From: Isurus oxyrinchus
Lineage: Eukaryota
Assembly: GCA_026770705.1 (NCBI GenBank)
Contig: JANJGN010000087.1
Location: 682,001-746,000, forward strand
Direction of reading: 5' to 3'
Length of the DNA stretch: 64,000 bases
The notes under the pieces are model-generated. The model searched no databases. It was not told the origin of the DNA and saw nothing but the letters and a program-made list of their open reading frames with translations. The position numbers were made by a program, and so were the translations under genes. Positions 26,050 to 40,216 of the stretch are shown one piece after another (positions within the stretch are counted from its first letter, which is position 1; each line of letters starts with the position of its first letter).

Positions 26050-27455
26050 AGCCAAGGAAGAACAGTCCAGTGACTCTCAGGTCAGTTATAGGGAAAATTA
26101 GAAAAAGTTCTGAAGGAGAGTCTCTCTCTCCACTTGGAAAGGCAAGTTTTGCTCAGTGATAGTCAGCATGACTTTGTCAGAGTGAGGTCATGCCTAACAA
26201 GTTTGATTCAGTTTTTTGAGGAGGTGACCAGATGTGTAGATGATGGTGCAGTTGGCGTAGCTTAAATGGATTTCAGCAAAGCTTGTGACAAGGTCCCACA
26301 TTGGAGACTTATAAAGAATGCAAATGCACATGGGATTCAGGGTTATTTGATAAGGTGAATTCAAAATTGCTTAAGGTGAAGGAGGCAGAGCGTGATGACA
26401 GAAGGATGCTTTAGCAGTTAGAAGCCCGATACATCCATTAGCGTACCACATGGATCTGTGCTCGGTCCACCATTTTTTGTCAATAATATAAATGACATAT
26501 TTGACTATGCAGGTGCTATGATTAGTAATTTTGCATATGACACAAAGATTGGCCGGCTAGTTAGCAGTGAGTTTCAGTGTATTGTAGATCAGGAAGATAT
26601 AGACAGGAAGGTCAATTGGGCAAATAAGAAACAGATGGAATTTAACCATGAAAAGTGTGAGGTGATATATACTGGAAAGATGACTTTGTCAAGGAAGTAT
26701 TCAAAGAACATAATACAAATAGGATGTTCTGAGGAACAAAAGAAACTTGGCGTGTGTGTCCATAGTTCCCTGGAGGCAGAGGGGCACGTTAGTGGGACTG
26801 TGAGAAAGGCTTATGGGAGACTTGCCATTATAAAACAAGGCACAGATTAGAAAAAGAGGAAGGACATGTTGGAATTTTATAGAACATTGTTGAGACCACA
26901 GCTGGAGTACTGTGTGCAATCCTGGTCGCCACTTGAAATGAGGGATGTGTTTACACTGGAGTTGGTGCAATGCGGATTCGCCAGGATGTTGCCTGGGATG
27001 AAAAAAATTAAGCTCTGTAGAGAGTTTGGATAGACTTGCGTTGCTTTCTTTGGAACAGAGAAGACTGAGGGGCGACATGATCGAGGTTTACAGGGTTATG
27101 AGGGGCATGGGCAGGTTGGGTAGGGAATAGATGTTCCCCATATTTGAACTCTCAAGGGGGCATACGTTAAGGTGAGGGATAGGAGGTTTAGGGGGATGTG
27201 AGGAAAACATTTTTTTTTTTGCCAGAGGGTAGTGACGGTCTGTAACACGCTGTCTGGAAGGGTGGTGATGGCGTGTTGCCTCACATACTTTAAAAAGTAC
27301 ATGGATGAGCATTTGGCACATCATAACATTTAAGGCTATGGGCCAAGTTCTGGGAAATGGAATTAGACTGTTAGGTCTGGTTGTAACACGTGTCGTTGCA
27401 GACTCGATGGGCCGAATGGCCTCTTCTGCGCTGCGATGCTGTGATTCCGATTCCG
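26050..27455 (+). mobile_element. CR1 LINE RT domain to 3' tail
   Basis: DFSKACDKVPH, PHGSVLGP, FAYDTKIG, QMEFNHEKCEV motifs. Confidence 0.9.
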
Positions 27456-28389
27456 TGATTCATGATGATGGTATTATTCTTGTTACATGCACTAAAATTT
27501 TCCTGAATTATTTTATGATTTACTTTGCAGTTGCTGTTTCATGCATTGTTTTTGGAGCTTGCTGTTGCTATTCCACCTAAGTTAATTCCATGCATTTATC
27601 TTCTTATCCAAGGTTATCTGTCACTACAGTATTAATACTGTTTTATTAACTGTGCTATCCACAACATCTGCCTGTTCCACCTGAGTGTTCAATGCCATTC
27701 AATAATCAGTTTGCAGCGATTCTTTCCTTGTAGCCAGGACACTGCAGATTTTATATCGGAGCTGGAAAACGTCAGTGACAAACAGGTAGTAGTAGGGAAA
27801 GGAAAGAACACATTATAATCACTGTGGCAATGTGGATTACAGATAATGGAAACTATTCTATACTTCAGTTTTCCAAAAATGTATGTAGCTTATAAACAAG
27901 ATATGCCCCTTGAGTGATTCCTACAATTTGACATACATAGCAGCTCAGTTCAATTTGTTTTAATGCATTAGCGTGTCTCAGGAACCCTTGCAAGCCAGTT
28001 ATGTTCATTGTACTTACTTCATATCAAACATTAGTTTGTACCTTGCAATACAACGACCAAGTAGAGGGCACAACGGAACAGATAACAAGATGCTTCCTTC
28101 GTTTAAAAAACAGAACATGTTTGAATAGTTTCCGTAGGTCTGGCAGCATCAGTGCAGTTCATAAGAACTCCGTTTTTTTGGAACTGAGAAAAGAAGAAAC
28201 ATATTGGACTGTCAAGGTCAACACTTTTTCTCTCTCCACGGAAGCTGCCAGTCCTGCTGAGTTTTTTCAGCATGTTGTCTACTTATTACAGGCCTCCACT
28301 GACTGCACAAAATTGCTTTAAAATTCCTTACATAATTAGCCACGTTGCTGAGTGACAGATCAGTACAACGTCTAACTTTGATACAAAAT

Positions 28390-30536
28390 GAGATAAAAAC
28401 TTTCAACTTCCAACCTGATAGTCGTCCAACTTCGGACAGCTCGCTTCTACTTCCTACCCAAAATACACAAACAGAACTGTCCCGGTAGACCGATCGTGTC
28501 AGCTTGCTCCTGCCCCACAGAACTCATTTCTCGTTATCTTGACTCCCTTCTCTCTCCCCTCGTCCAGTCCCTTCCCACCTACATCCGTGATTCCTCTGAA
28601 ACCTTACGTCACATCAACAATTTCCAGTTCCCTGGCCCCAACAGCTTCCTCTTCACCATGGACGTCCAATCCCTCTACACCTCCATCCCCCACCAGGATG
28701 GTCTGAGGGCCCTTAGCTTCTTCCTCGAACAGAGGCCCGAACAATCCCCATCCACCACTACTCTCCTCCGTCTGGCTGAACTTGTTCTCACGCTGAACAA
28801 TTTCTCCTTCAACTCCTCTCACTTCCTCCAAATAAAAGGTGTGGCTATGGGTACCCGCATGGGCCCCAGCTATGCCTGTCTCTTTATGGGGTATGTGGAA
28901 CATTCCTTGTTGCAGTCCTACCCCGGCCCCCTTCCACAACTTTTTCTCCGGTACATCGATGATTACTTCGGTGCCGCTTCATGCTCTCGTCGGGACTTGG
29001 AAAAATTTATTAATTTTGCTTCCAATCTCCACCCCTCCATCATTTTCACGTGTTCCATCTCTGATACTTCCCTTCCCTTCCTTGACGTCTCTGTCTCAAT
29101 CTCTGGTGACAGACTGTCCACCAATATCCATTACAAACCTACCGATTCCCACAGCTATCTCGTCTACAGCTCCTCACACCCGGCTTCCTGTAAGGTCTGC
29201 ATCCCATTCTCTCAATTCCTTCGCCTCTATCGCATCTGTCCCGATGATGCTACCTTCAAAAACAGTTCCTCTGACATGTCCTCTTCTTCCTCAACCGAGG
29301 TTTTCCACCCACGGTCGTTGACAGGGCCCTCAACATTGTCCGGCCCATCTCCCGCGCATCCGCCCTCACGCATTCTCCTCCCTCCCAGAAACATGATAGG
29401 GTCCCCCTTGTCCTCACTTATCACCCCACCAGCCTCCGCACTCAAAGGATCATCCTCTGCCATTTCCGCCAAATCCAGCATGATACCACTACCAAACACA
29501 TCTTCCCTTCTCCCCCACTGTCGGCATTCCATAGGGATCATTCCCTCCGGGACACCCTGGTCCACTCCTCCATCACCCCCTACTCCTAAACCCCAACCTA
29601 TGGCACCAGCCCATGCCCACGCTAAAGATGTAACACCTGCCCCTTCACTTCCTCTCTCCTCACCGTCCAAGGGCCCAAACACTCCTTTCAAGTGAAGCAG
29701 CATTTCACTTGCATGTCCCCCAACTTAGTCTACTGCATTCGTTGCTCCCAGTGTGGTCTCCTCCACATTGGAGAGACCAAACGTAAACTGGACGACTGCT
29801 TTGCGGAACACCTGCAGTCTGTCCGCAAGAATGACCCAAACCTCCCTGTCGCTTGCCATTTTAACACTCCACCCTGCTCTCTTGCCCACATGTCTGTCCT
29901 TGGCTTGCTGCATTGTTCCAGTGAAGCACAACGCAAACTGGAGGAACAACACCTCATCTTCCGACTAGGCACCTTACAGCCTTCCGGACTGAATATTGAG
30001 TTCCACAACTTTAGGTCTTAAGCTCCCTCCTCCATCCCCATCCCCTTTCTGTTTATTCCCCCTTCCTTTTGTTTTTTTTCCAATAAATTATATAGATTTT
30101 TCTTTTCCCGCTTAATTCCATTATTTTTCAATATTTTTAAATATTTTATGCTCCCCCCACCCCCACTAGAGCTATACATTGAGTGTCCTACCATCTATTC
30201 TTAATTAGCACATTCGTTTAGATAATATCACCAACTTTAACACCTATGTGTTCTTTTGTTCTGTTGTCTGTGACATCTTTTGATCATCTGCTTCTATCAC
30301 TGCTTGTTTGTCCCTACAACCACACCACCCCCCTTCCACTTCTCTCCCCCCACCCAAACACCCCCCCCCCAACCCCCGCACCACACACACACCCCAAACC
30401 AGCTTATATTTCACCCCTTCCTTAGATTCACTCAGTTGTGTTGAAGGGTCATGAGGACTCGAAACACCAACTCTTTTCTTCTCCACCGATGCTGCCAGAC
30501 CTGCTGAGTTTTTCCAGGTAATTATGCTTTTGTTTT
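28390..30536 (+). mobile_element. Penelope-like retroelement (RT + Cys linker + GIY-YIG endonuclease + 3' pseudo-LTR), 5'-truncated, recently inactivated
   Basis: RT motifs MDVQSLYTSIP, GVAMGTRMGPSYA, RYIDD; C-x4-C-x2-C linker; NLVYCIRCSQCGLLHIGET...GLNIEF. Frameshift at ~29285, TAA at 29587 and 29623. Candidate TSD TTTGATACAAAAT at 28377-28389 and 30534-30546. Confidence 0.93.
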
Positions 30537-30599
30537 GATACAAAATAACTCATTAGTGAGTTGTAGCAATATCCACATGTTCAATGAATCCAGTATAGG

Positions 30600-31950
30600 A
30601 AAGCAGAAGCAGTACACCAACATGACTAATTCACCAGGATGGATTTGTTGTGGCCCTGAAAAATGACAGACATCAGGGAAAGAGTGCTCTGAATGTAACG
30701 CATGTGGGTGAAATTTATTATTCCTCTAAGGGGGGCTCTGCCGTTTCGTACAGAAATAAAGCTGATTTCCAGAGGAAAAACGGTCCACGTATGATTAGCG
30801 AAAGAGGCCAGGTGACGAAGAAAGTGCATTTGGTGATGTAGTAGGTGCCAATTGCAAACACAGTAAAATAATTGATCTTTAGGGTTGTGGAAAGTAGGTA
30901 TAGATGGGAGTCTAGCATGATGCTGATGCAGAGGAGCAGGTCGAGGGCGGAAGTGCAGGATATGGGACCGTCATGGTCGAGATCCCTGTGTGCCCCAATG
31001 AAGCCGACTTATGGGCAGAGCATGGAGGAAATAATTTCTATAGTAGTGTTGTGGAACGTGGCCCAATTAATACAGATGTGATGAAGGCGGAGGAATATGA
31101 AAAATCAACTGAGAAATTACAGGAAGCAGAATGGCAGGAATAATGATAAAGATTGGTGTGCATGACAGCAGCATTGTTATACGTATTGTAAACAGTCTAT
31201 CCCCACAAATGGAAATAGGAAGTCGAGGGAGGAAGCGGGAGGCCTCACAGATAAGTCATGCATAGGGAGGACAGCAATTGAATTATTTTATATAATAGAT
31301 AGGTGGTCTATTCCAAGTCAACACCAGTAAACTAAAGGCAGAATAACATAGCAGTTAAAATATCAGAAATAATGTTCCCTTCACATAAACAAAGGGATAG
31401 CTAGGACTCTTAAGGATTTAATATAATTATTCTGCTTTCATTGGAGAAATGCTGTAGATGCAAAGGTGATTTTTCCAATAAGAGTTAAGCTTCGACAGAT
31501 GAAGAGTGTTGCTGTTACAAGGCAATTATTTGGACTGACGTATATGAATGAAAAAGATGGGTCGTTTGGAAAGTGTGGAAGGGGTCAGCGGTGAAGCAAT
31601 CCACAGAATGCCCAGTAACGTAGGAGGCTAAAAATCCACTTGTAATCTTGGTGAATAATAATTAATAGGGATGAGGGAGAGATTGAGACTACCCATTCTG
31701 AAAAGAGACAGAAGTGTTCTCTGTCAAAATGGCTTTTCCAAGTATTGTGCTGCACTGGATTTGAATGTAAACCTGAGGGATGGTGGTAGTGGGTGCCATG
31801 CCAGGCTGTCCTTAACAGAAGCTGAGGTGTTAGAAGGAATGGATTTCCAACTCAGAGATAGAGTTGTGGAGCGACTTAGTGTATTGGTGAGCGATGAACT
31901 TGCAGAAAGATTGGTTGTTCCGGCGTGGTCTGGAGAGGTAGACGGAATGG
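30600..31950 (-). mobile_element. highly decayed L2/CR1-group LINE RT remnant
   Basis: Eroded GVPQGS-LGP-like (~30965-31000) and YADDTQLYLS-like (MLDSHLYLLS) segments. Confidence 0.45.
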
Positions 31951-31954
31951 ATGT

Positions 31955-32345
31955 CATAGTACAAAGAAAAGTACAGCACAGGAACAGGCCCTTCCGGCTC
32001 CAAGCCTGCGTCGATCATATTGACCATCAACTAAAACATTTTGCACTATCCCTCTATTGCCGTCCTATTCATGTATTTGTCAAGCTGTGTTTTCAATACG
32101 TCTATCGTTCTTGATCCTTTGGAGTTCGCTGCCACATGAATTAGTACAGGGCAAAACATTGCATGTTTTAAAGGAAGAGTTGATATAGCTCTTGGGGTGA
32201 AATGGATCAAAGGATGTTGGAAAAAAGCTGGAGCAGGATATTGAGCTGGATGATCAGCAATGATCATAATGCATGATGGAGCAGGGTTGAAGGGCCCAAT
32301 GGCCTACCCCTGCTCCAATTTCTATATTTCTATGTTCCTATGTTT
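31955..32345. mobile_element. two short CR1-type 3' tails in opposite orientation
   Basis: Antisense tail at 31955-32110; sense tail at 32160-32345 ending in TTCTATG-like repeats. Confidence 0.7.
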
Positions 32346-32354
32346 CACATAAAC

Positions 32355-32860
32355 TCTCTCCCTATCTCTCTCTCTCTCTCACAAACACACATGTGCAAAG
32401 AAACACTCACTCACACAAACACACACAGAAATACACACACAGACACAACACGCACACACACACAAAAAATCACACAAACGCACAAATGCGCAGACACACA
32501 TATGAATACACATAGGCAAACAAAAAATGATTCACACCTGCTCACATAATTACTGTCACAAGCAGAGATACTCAAGCACACGGACAAAATCTCACAAGCA
32601 CTCCCTGACACACAAACACACAGAAAAGCACACGTGCACACACTAACAGCATTACACATATATCAGGTACATAAACACACGGGAGTTTCCACATTCGCAG
32701 AAATTTTAAGATAAACACCCGTTTTCACACACAGAAATATACAGGAATAAACACACACGTCTCTCCCTCTCTCTTACACACACACATTCATGAACACACA
32801 AATGAACAGACACGCACATGCACACACAGGCATATACATACACATTATCTCACACACGCA
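32355..32860. repeat. degenerate CA/CT-rich simple repeat
   Basis: Direct inspection. Confidence 0.9.
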
Positions 32861-33199
32861 GCCAATGACACAGACAAGGACTTTCAGGCACCAATATGCA
32901 GGATAATCCCACAATGCACATCACCATGTCTATACAATCCATTGGCTCCACGCGCACCTGTCCTCTCCGAGTCCCCCTTCCGGTGACCTCAGCAGCCCCA
33001 ACTCCACATGCCGAGGAGGGTACCTCTTCCACATTTTAGGACCACGAAAGCAGGCTGGGTACCTCCAGAGGCTGCCCGTCAAGGTAAAGACAATCAACAG
33101 GCTGTGTCCACTTCAGATCTGCATTCTGGGGTTCAACAATACGTATGGGCAGAGTTTGGGAGTTTGGGAAATAGACTTGCAGAGCCTGGGCAAGTGTGT

Positions 33200-34830
33200 T
33201 AATCCCTTCTACTTCACTAGTATAAATTAACTCCCCAGAATGTGCCTTTCCTGTGTCTCCTTGTTATGATGAGCAGTGTTTGTGACACTCGGATATGAAG
33301 TTTGATAATCTGTATATTTGCAGCAATACATCCCCCGTCCTTTACTCGAATCTTCCAGCTACGAAGGCCGACACACCATCCGCCTCCCCCATTGACCACT
33401 GCACTAGCATGCTTACCCTCAATGGCAGGTGCACAAGGATCCCCATACCTCTTTGCCCACTCCCCTCACTCAATTCAAAGCCATTCAGATAACGATCTGC
33501 CCTCCCATCCCTGCGACCAGAGTGGACAAACTCACATCCGTCCCCAGCACACTGCTTCTGGCATGCAGCAGCCCACCCACTCAGCCTGTCCAAATCACAC
33601 CGAAGCATCTCCGCATCCTCCACACAGCTCACCCTCCCAACCAGAACCATGCCATCTGCAAATTCGGAGACACCACACCCAGCTCCCTCATCCAAACCAT
33701 CGACACACACCCTGAATAATTTGGATGTCAGCAACGACCCCCGCAGCACTGCTCTATTCACTGCCTGCCATTTGGTAAAAGACCTGCTCATGACCGCTCC
33801 CTAATTCTTGCCTGCCAACCAGTCTTCTGTCCGTCTCTGACTCTGTCCGATTCTGCCACTGCTTCCCAAGGGCTCACCTACCAAATATTCCAAATTCAAC
33901 TCCTGAATTCTCCACACCACCGTTGTCAGCCCGACTGTTCAACAACTCCCTGCCTTCTCTCTAACTCCCCTTCCAAATTTTGCTGTTCCATTAGTTAATC
34001 TCCAACCCGCAGGAACTTTACCCGACTCTACAGAATCTCGGGATATGACCACCAGTGCATCCACCACTTAAAGGGCGACCTCCCCAAGTACACTGGGACG
34101 TAGAAAATCAGGCCCCAGGATTCCACTGACCCTCAATCCCATCAATCCCTCCAACACCATTTTTGTGCCCATACTGGTCCCTTACAGCTCCTCCCTTACA
34201 CTCTAGACCCTGCTCTCCAACATTTCTGGCACGTCATCCACGTCCTCCTTTGTGAAGTCAGAACAAAAGTATCCATCTGGTTGGTCAGCCACCTCTTCGT
34301 TCTCAATCATAAATCATCTGTTTCTGACTCTAAGAGACCCGCACATGTATCCACCAACCCTTCCCTCCTCACAATCTATAGAAGCGTTAACAGTCAGTTG
34401 ATATTTTCCCGCAAGTCTACTCGCACAATCCAACCTCGCCACTTAAACAATCCCCTGGTCTTCCCCTGACGAACTCTAAAGTGCTCCCAATCCTCATGTC
34501 TTTCCCTTTTACCCCTCCAACTTGTCTGCCACTTCCTTGGATCCAACACTATCCCCAATTTCCCCTGTAGGCCATGGGTCAGACACCATTGCTATCTCCC
34601 CCTTGCGCCAGACATGAACAAACAAGTGCTGAAGCCACAAAGCGCCCCGCAAATATCCGTCACTGCCCATCCACCGTCATCCCTCCAAACAACGTTTCCA
34701 AATCCAGCATAGGCAGGCCGCACCCCAAACCATCGCAGTCTTCTCCATTATGTTTCAGGACCCTTGTTTCAGAACAAAATATGTCACTCTCTGTCCTCAT
34801 GAAAAACTCAACCATATCATAGTCACTTAA
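33200..34830 (-). mobile_element. CR1 LINE ORF2 fragment, antisense
   Basis: SEFADGMVL, LRCDLDRLSGWA, CEFVHSGR motifs (ORF 33342..33791). Confidence 0.8.
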
Positions 34831-34839
34831 CCTCACTGG

Positions 34840-35620
34840 TGAGGGATGAAAGTGTAGAAGGACTGGATGCCCGCGGAGGGAGATGTGTAGAGGTACCGGA
34901 TGCCAGGGGTGAGTGAGGTGGCCTGGACAAGCTGGATGTCTGGCTGATTAATGGGAATGCAGTCTTACTATGTGCCAGGCTGAGGGATGAATGTGTAGAG
35001 GGAAAATGTATGCTGTTGAGTGTCCGATGCGCAGGATAACTGCATGCCCTGTGATGAATGCAGGTGAGGAGTGACTGCCAGTCATATTACGGGATGGAGG
35101 TGAAGAGAGATTGCTTTTCCTGGTGAAGATGAAGGGGTAGAGGTTATGAATACCTTGTTGGTAGACGAAGGTGGAGAGGGATTGAATTTCCTCGTGAGGC
35201 ATGGAAAGGTGGAAAGATTGTGTGCCCTAGAGAGGAATGTAGATGTGGATGCGGCATTTAGGTGAAGAGGAACAAGATATCCATTGAGGGAATGTTATGC
35301 AGAGGGACTACAAGATGTGGCGACTGATGGAGTTAAAGAAAGACTGAATGTCATTGTGAGGGATGTTGGCATAGTGAAACTGGATGTCTTGTTGAACAAC
35401 ATATATTCAGAAGGACCAATTGTATTGCTGAGGTATGTGTGTGTAGAAGAACTGGATGCCCTGCTGATGAATGGATTTGCAGGGGGACTGAATGTTGTCG
35501 TGATGCATGAGGCTTAGAGGGATTGGGAAACCTGGTGAAAATAGAGTTCTATGGGGATTGGCTGTTCTGCTGAGGGAAGGATGCATCACGTTTTTATTCT
35601 TTTGTGGTATGCGGGAGTGG
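34840..35620 (-). mobile_element. possible ancient L2-like LINE remnant
   Basis: Purine-rich plus strand with eroded RT-like motifs (PQ-x-SP, HDNIQ). Confidence 0.35.
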
Positions 35621-35879
35621 TGGTAAATTCAGATTTTGTTGCTGATTCCTAATTGCCCTTTAATTATAGATTTGTAAGGAAGGGAATTCCAGGACCCTAA
35701 ACCAACAACATGGAAGGAACGGTGATACAGATGTAGTGCTATGTCCTAGTTGTTGTAGGGGAACTGGATGTCCATTGTGAAGCAGAATTAGTGAAGGCCA
35801 GGATACTAGAAATGGTTAAGCATGTTGCATATAGTCTGAAGAGAATTGTAAATGACTTTCAAAATATTAGTGATAGCAA

Positions 35880-36372
35880 GAAGTGGGAATGATGTGTCAG
35901 ACAGCTACACCATTTTTATAAAGGAATTTGCATGATGCTGCATCACTTGCTAGGCCACTATACCCTGCCCATTGCCAATTGCCCTGATATTTATGGTGGG
36001 AGCCAAATTCCTGTGGTGTAGATACATTCTCTGTGCGGTTCAGTGGGATTTCCAGGAATTTTGTGCATCGGCAGTAAAAGAACGAAAATATACTTCCAAG
36101 TCCATACGGTGTGTGAGACTTGGATGGGAAATTGCAGGTAGCATCGCTTCCATGCGCCTGCTGCCCTTGTCCTTCTATGTTGGAGATCTCGTGTGTGTGG
36201 AACTTTTGCCAAAATAATTTTACGCAGTATTTGCAGTGTATCTTTGAAATGGTACACACTGCTACCATTGTCAAAGGGAGAGGGAATGATTTATTTAAGG
36301 CCGTAGATGGCGGGTGGTGCAGCAGTCAAGCGGGCGACTTTGTACTGGATGTTCTTGAGTGTCTTGAGTGTT
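35880..36372 (-). mobile_element. 3' end of second LINE family, antisense
   Basis: Reverse complement of the tail seen at 12200 and 45900. Confidence 0.65.
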
Positions 36373-37560
36373 ATGGGAATTCAGAAGGATGTACAATATG
36401 CTCGAGTAGACTGTGGCGTGAGGGGGAATTAGTTTTCTGTGTGCATAACTCCAGCATCCATGGTGTCCCGAGAGTGTCTGGGGAAGGATGGCTTGATGTC
36501 AACTGTTGGTGTCTCGCTACAGGTGAAGACAGGACAAAATTCCAAACAGCTGGTGATTCGGTTCCACCAGCTGGAAGATTGGCAACAAACATTAAGCGCA
36601 ATTATGTTTCCAGCAGCCTTTCAGAGAAGGAAGAATTTTTGCCCTGAGCGTACATAGCACAGCAAGTTCACAGGGACAGAACACAGATTGCTAGAGCTGA
36701 GGGTTTATTTAATCAATCCGGCCCATGACCCTTTCACAGACAGGAAACATGAGCACTGTTTCTCTAACAGTCTATGTTATGTCATTATTTGAACACTTTG
36801 TCTCTATTTTGTGCTGTATTTGTTATAATGGTGGCCCTCTGCATGTGGTCATGCCTGATACAATTGCCAACCTCATGGAACTAAAATAAGAGCTGCTGGG
36901 GGATAGTGCACGGTGAATTATTTCTCCTGAGTCAGTTAGATCTGAGATCCACTGATGGACAACTGAGCAGTTATGTTATAAAAGTAAAGTATTGGAGACA
37001 TATTGAATTCTGAATGTTTTCCTCCCTCCAGACTCGATAACCCGAGAGTTATATGTTGTTCTGTCAAGCAACATCGTGCTGTTTTGAGCTGCTATGAGAA
37101 TGCAGCTCTCTGTGTCCCACGTATGTGGCAGTCTAGAGAGAAAGTACACTAAATGGAGGTAAAACAAATATTCCATTTATTTCCCTGTTCCAACCCTTCA
37201 TTTGTAAGGCATTTGAAAAAAAAAAACTATTACAAAATGGAGCTGAAAATAACTTTTAATGATAATCATCGGTTCTTCAATTCTCTTGATGGGTTGTATT
37301 GTCGATACAGCGGAGTGTGCTACAGTTTAATTATGTACATGAAAATGCACGAAAAAAAATCATTTGTCCTACAATTCTGATTAGGCAGTATTTATACTTT
37401 TTAAGATAATTTATAGATTTAAGAAACGAATCTAGATGTCTCCACACAAGGTAACGTTTGTTTTTTTTTTCTCAAAACATGTTTCTGTCCGAAAGTTAAG
37501 CATCTTCCAGATGGATATATTTATTGAAAACTTAAGGTCGTTCCCTCAGATATCACACAG

Positions 37561-37610
37561 TTAGTCACATGCGTGGGACGTCGGATCATCGATTTGTCGA
37601 TGTATTTTAC
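37561..37610 (-). CDS. candidate terminal coding exon (GKIHRQIDDPTSHACD*)
   Basis: TTTTAACCCATCTTTCAG acceptor, phase 1, TAA at 37561-37563; AATAAA on the minus strand at 37520-37525 and 37176-37181. Confidence 0.55.
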
Positions 37611-38379
37611 CTGAAAGATGGGTTAAAATAATATTGCTTTAGAGAGAGGGTTGCAACTATTTCCGCCATCATCGAAATGAAAGCGATGCATTCATTTTAT
37701 TCTTCGGACTATTTCCAAATCAAATAGTTTTTTTTTGTTGTTTGTTGAATTGAAAATAAAAAACAGCAAATTATCATTGATAATTTCCGCATCATTAAAA
37801 GCATCGGAACAACTCCATGTAATGATATGGTAAAGACCAGAGAGGGCTTCATAGTCTCTAACTATGTGGAACAAGCTTGTAGCCGGTAATAAAGCATTAC
37901 TTTCCCTGTTTAATATATATGTTGTAAAGTTTGAGCAATACCCTCACTGCTTTCTGGGGACAGATTGGGCGGGTTGTGAATGTTTCACAGAGGAGATTGT
38001 CATACATATCAGGAATGGGAGGAACCGATAAGGCGTAATCAAAAATAACCTGAGTGTTATGCACTTAGGATGAACATATTATTGGTTAATAATGGGCTGA
38101 GAGCGGGTGCATTTCAGGTGCCTAGTGTGTTTGTGCACAAGTGAGTAAGCATGTGTGTGGGTGTGGGACAGCACCATGAAGAAGTTAGAATTTATTTATT
38201 TATGAATGAAAGAGAAATGATGTTTATTTTTGCCCGGGCTGTGTTGTGCTGCTGGGAGGCAACAGACGACGTCCTGCAAAGCCTGATGTTTCATGTTGAG
38301 CACTCGACGTATTCCTGCTAGGGGTCTGAACAAATGAGAAAATCACAGCAAACAGCATTAATTTTATCAATGACTAAAG

Positions 38380-39710
38380 CCAACCCGATCCCAATCAGTC
38401 TACTCTCCATCATCAGTAAAATCAGAAGAGACTCATGCTTAGCAATCTCCTGCTCAGTGTCGATCAGTATGGGTTCATTATTATTTTCGGCCTTGGCTCA
38501 AACATGGACAACAAACCTGAACTGCCAAGGTGAGGGGTCAGTGAGTGCCTTTGACATCAGGGCGTTATGTGACCGCAGCGTGGCTTCAAGTAGCCCGAGT
38601 GAAACTGGAGTCTTTGGGATCCAAGGGAATGAAAAAAAAAAACTTGCCATTGCTTGGAGTAACATATACCACACAGGAAAATGGCTGTGGCTTTTGGAGG
38701 CCATGGATCTCAGTTATAGGGCACCACTGCAGGAGTTCCTCGGATTAGTGCCCTCGGCCCAGTCATCTTCAGCTGCTTCATGAATGACCTTCCTTTCATC
38801 AGAAGGTGAGAATAGGGAATGTTCGCTGTTGATTGCACCGTGATCATCACCGTTCACAACAGCTCAGGTTCTGAAATTGTCCTTGACTAAATGCAGCACA
38901 ATTTTGAAAATATCCACTCTTGTGCTGACATGTGACAAGTAACAATCACTCCACAACGGTGCCAGACAATTACCATCTCCCATAAGGGAGAATCTAACCT
39001 TGACATTTAATGGCATGGTCATCTCTGAATCCCCCGCTATCAAAATCGTGGGGCTTACAATTGACCATCAATTGAACTGGAATAGCCAGGTAAACACTTT
39101 GACTACAAGAGCATGTCAGATTCTCGGAACCCTGAGGTAAGCAGTTCAACTCCTGACTCCACAGAACCTGTACATAGTCGACAAGGCACAAGTCAGGAGC
39201 CTAATGGAAAACTCTTCACTTGAGTGGACGATTGCATGACTAACAACACCCAAGAAGCTCATCAACATACGGAACTAGGAACTCTGCTTGATTGCTATCC
39301 CTTCCACAAACATTCACTCCCATCACATCGAAGAACAGTAGCATCAATGTGCACCATCTGTAGGAGGTACTGCAGAATCTCACTAACTCCCCTGTGGCAG
39401 CACCATCTGAGCGCCGGACCAGGGCCATTTAGTGGGACACGGGAATAGCATACATGAGATCACCGACATTTGGAATGTCCCTCCAAGCCACAAGCCTTTC
39501 TGACTTGGAAATTTATTGCCTTTAATTCAGTGTCACTGGCTCAGAATGCGGGAAACCTGTGTTCAACAACTTTGCGCGGGTACTTACAATAGAGGGGCTA
39601 CAAAGCTACAAGAATGCAGCTCACCACCACCTTTGCAAAGACAATTGTGTTCGAGCAATAAATTCTGGCCAAGCCAGTGTCGCCCATATCCAACAAATTC
39701 AAGAAATAAG
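38380..39710 (+). mobile_element. second CR1/L2-group LINE family, RT to tail (intronic)
   Basis: PISLLSIISK; GVP-x-SALGPVIFSCFMNDLP; GMFAVDCT. Confidence 0.8.
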
Positions 39711-40216
39711 TGGTATCAGCTCAAGAGGAGCATACTCCTAACAAAGCCTTGTTCAATCGCCAATATGAATGGACTTTTAAAGAGATCCAGTTCAAACCGC
39801 AAATGTGAGCAGGTGATGGAAGGAATAATCACAAGAAATCATCTACTCTGAAGTCAGTGGCGGGAGGTGCAGGAGGCAGATTTCTCCCAGAAGGAGGAGG
39901 AAAAACAATTCAGGGATGTTTCCAACGCATCCCTGAAGACACTCAGCTAATCCAGCGACTTATCTGAGAACGCGGTTGGCCGCAATCCAGCAAACACAAA
40001 CGTGCATAAACTAAGTCGAGATGATGGATGGAGCGCACAACAGTTCGGACAACCTGTCTACCCAACCATTCAAGCAGCGCATGTGCCGTTAGTGAGAGAC
40101 TCCGCAGTACATCCAATGGACTATCAGTCATTTCAGAACCGATATTAGCAGAGAATAAGAAAGTCACCAACAATACAGAGAGACAGTCTGAGAAGATAAA
40201 TAAATCTCTGTCTCAC

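Noticed and set aside
29290-29695. Pro/Ser-rich C-terminus of the 399-aa ORF as a novel domain
   Set aside because: Out-of-frame read-through after a 1-bp deletion; the true frame is FFLNRGFP...DRVPLVLTYHP.
37692-37905. Extra tail exon (DYEAL, DAFNDAE)
   Set aside because: Weak acceptor, phase mismatch and no clear donor.
39943-40173. Additional cytoplasmic exon of the SRCR gene
   Set aside because: A pyrimidine tract is present but there is no AG at the expected place and no recognisable motif.
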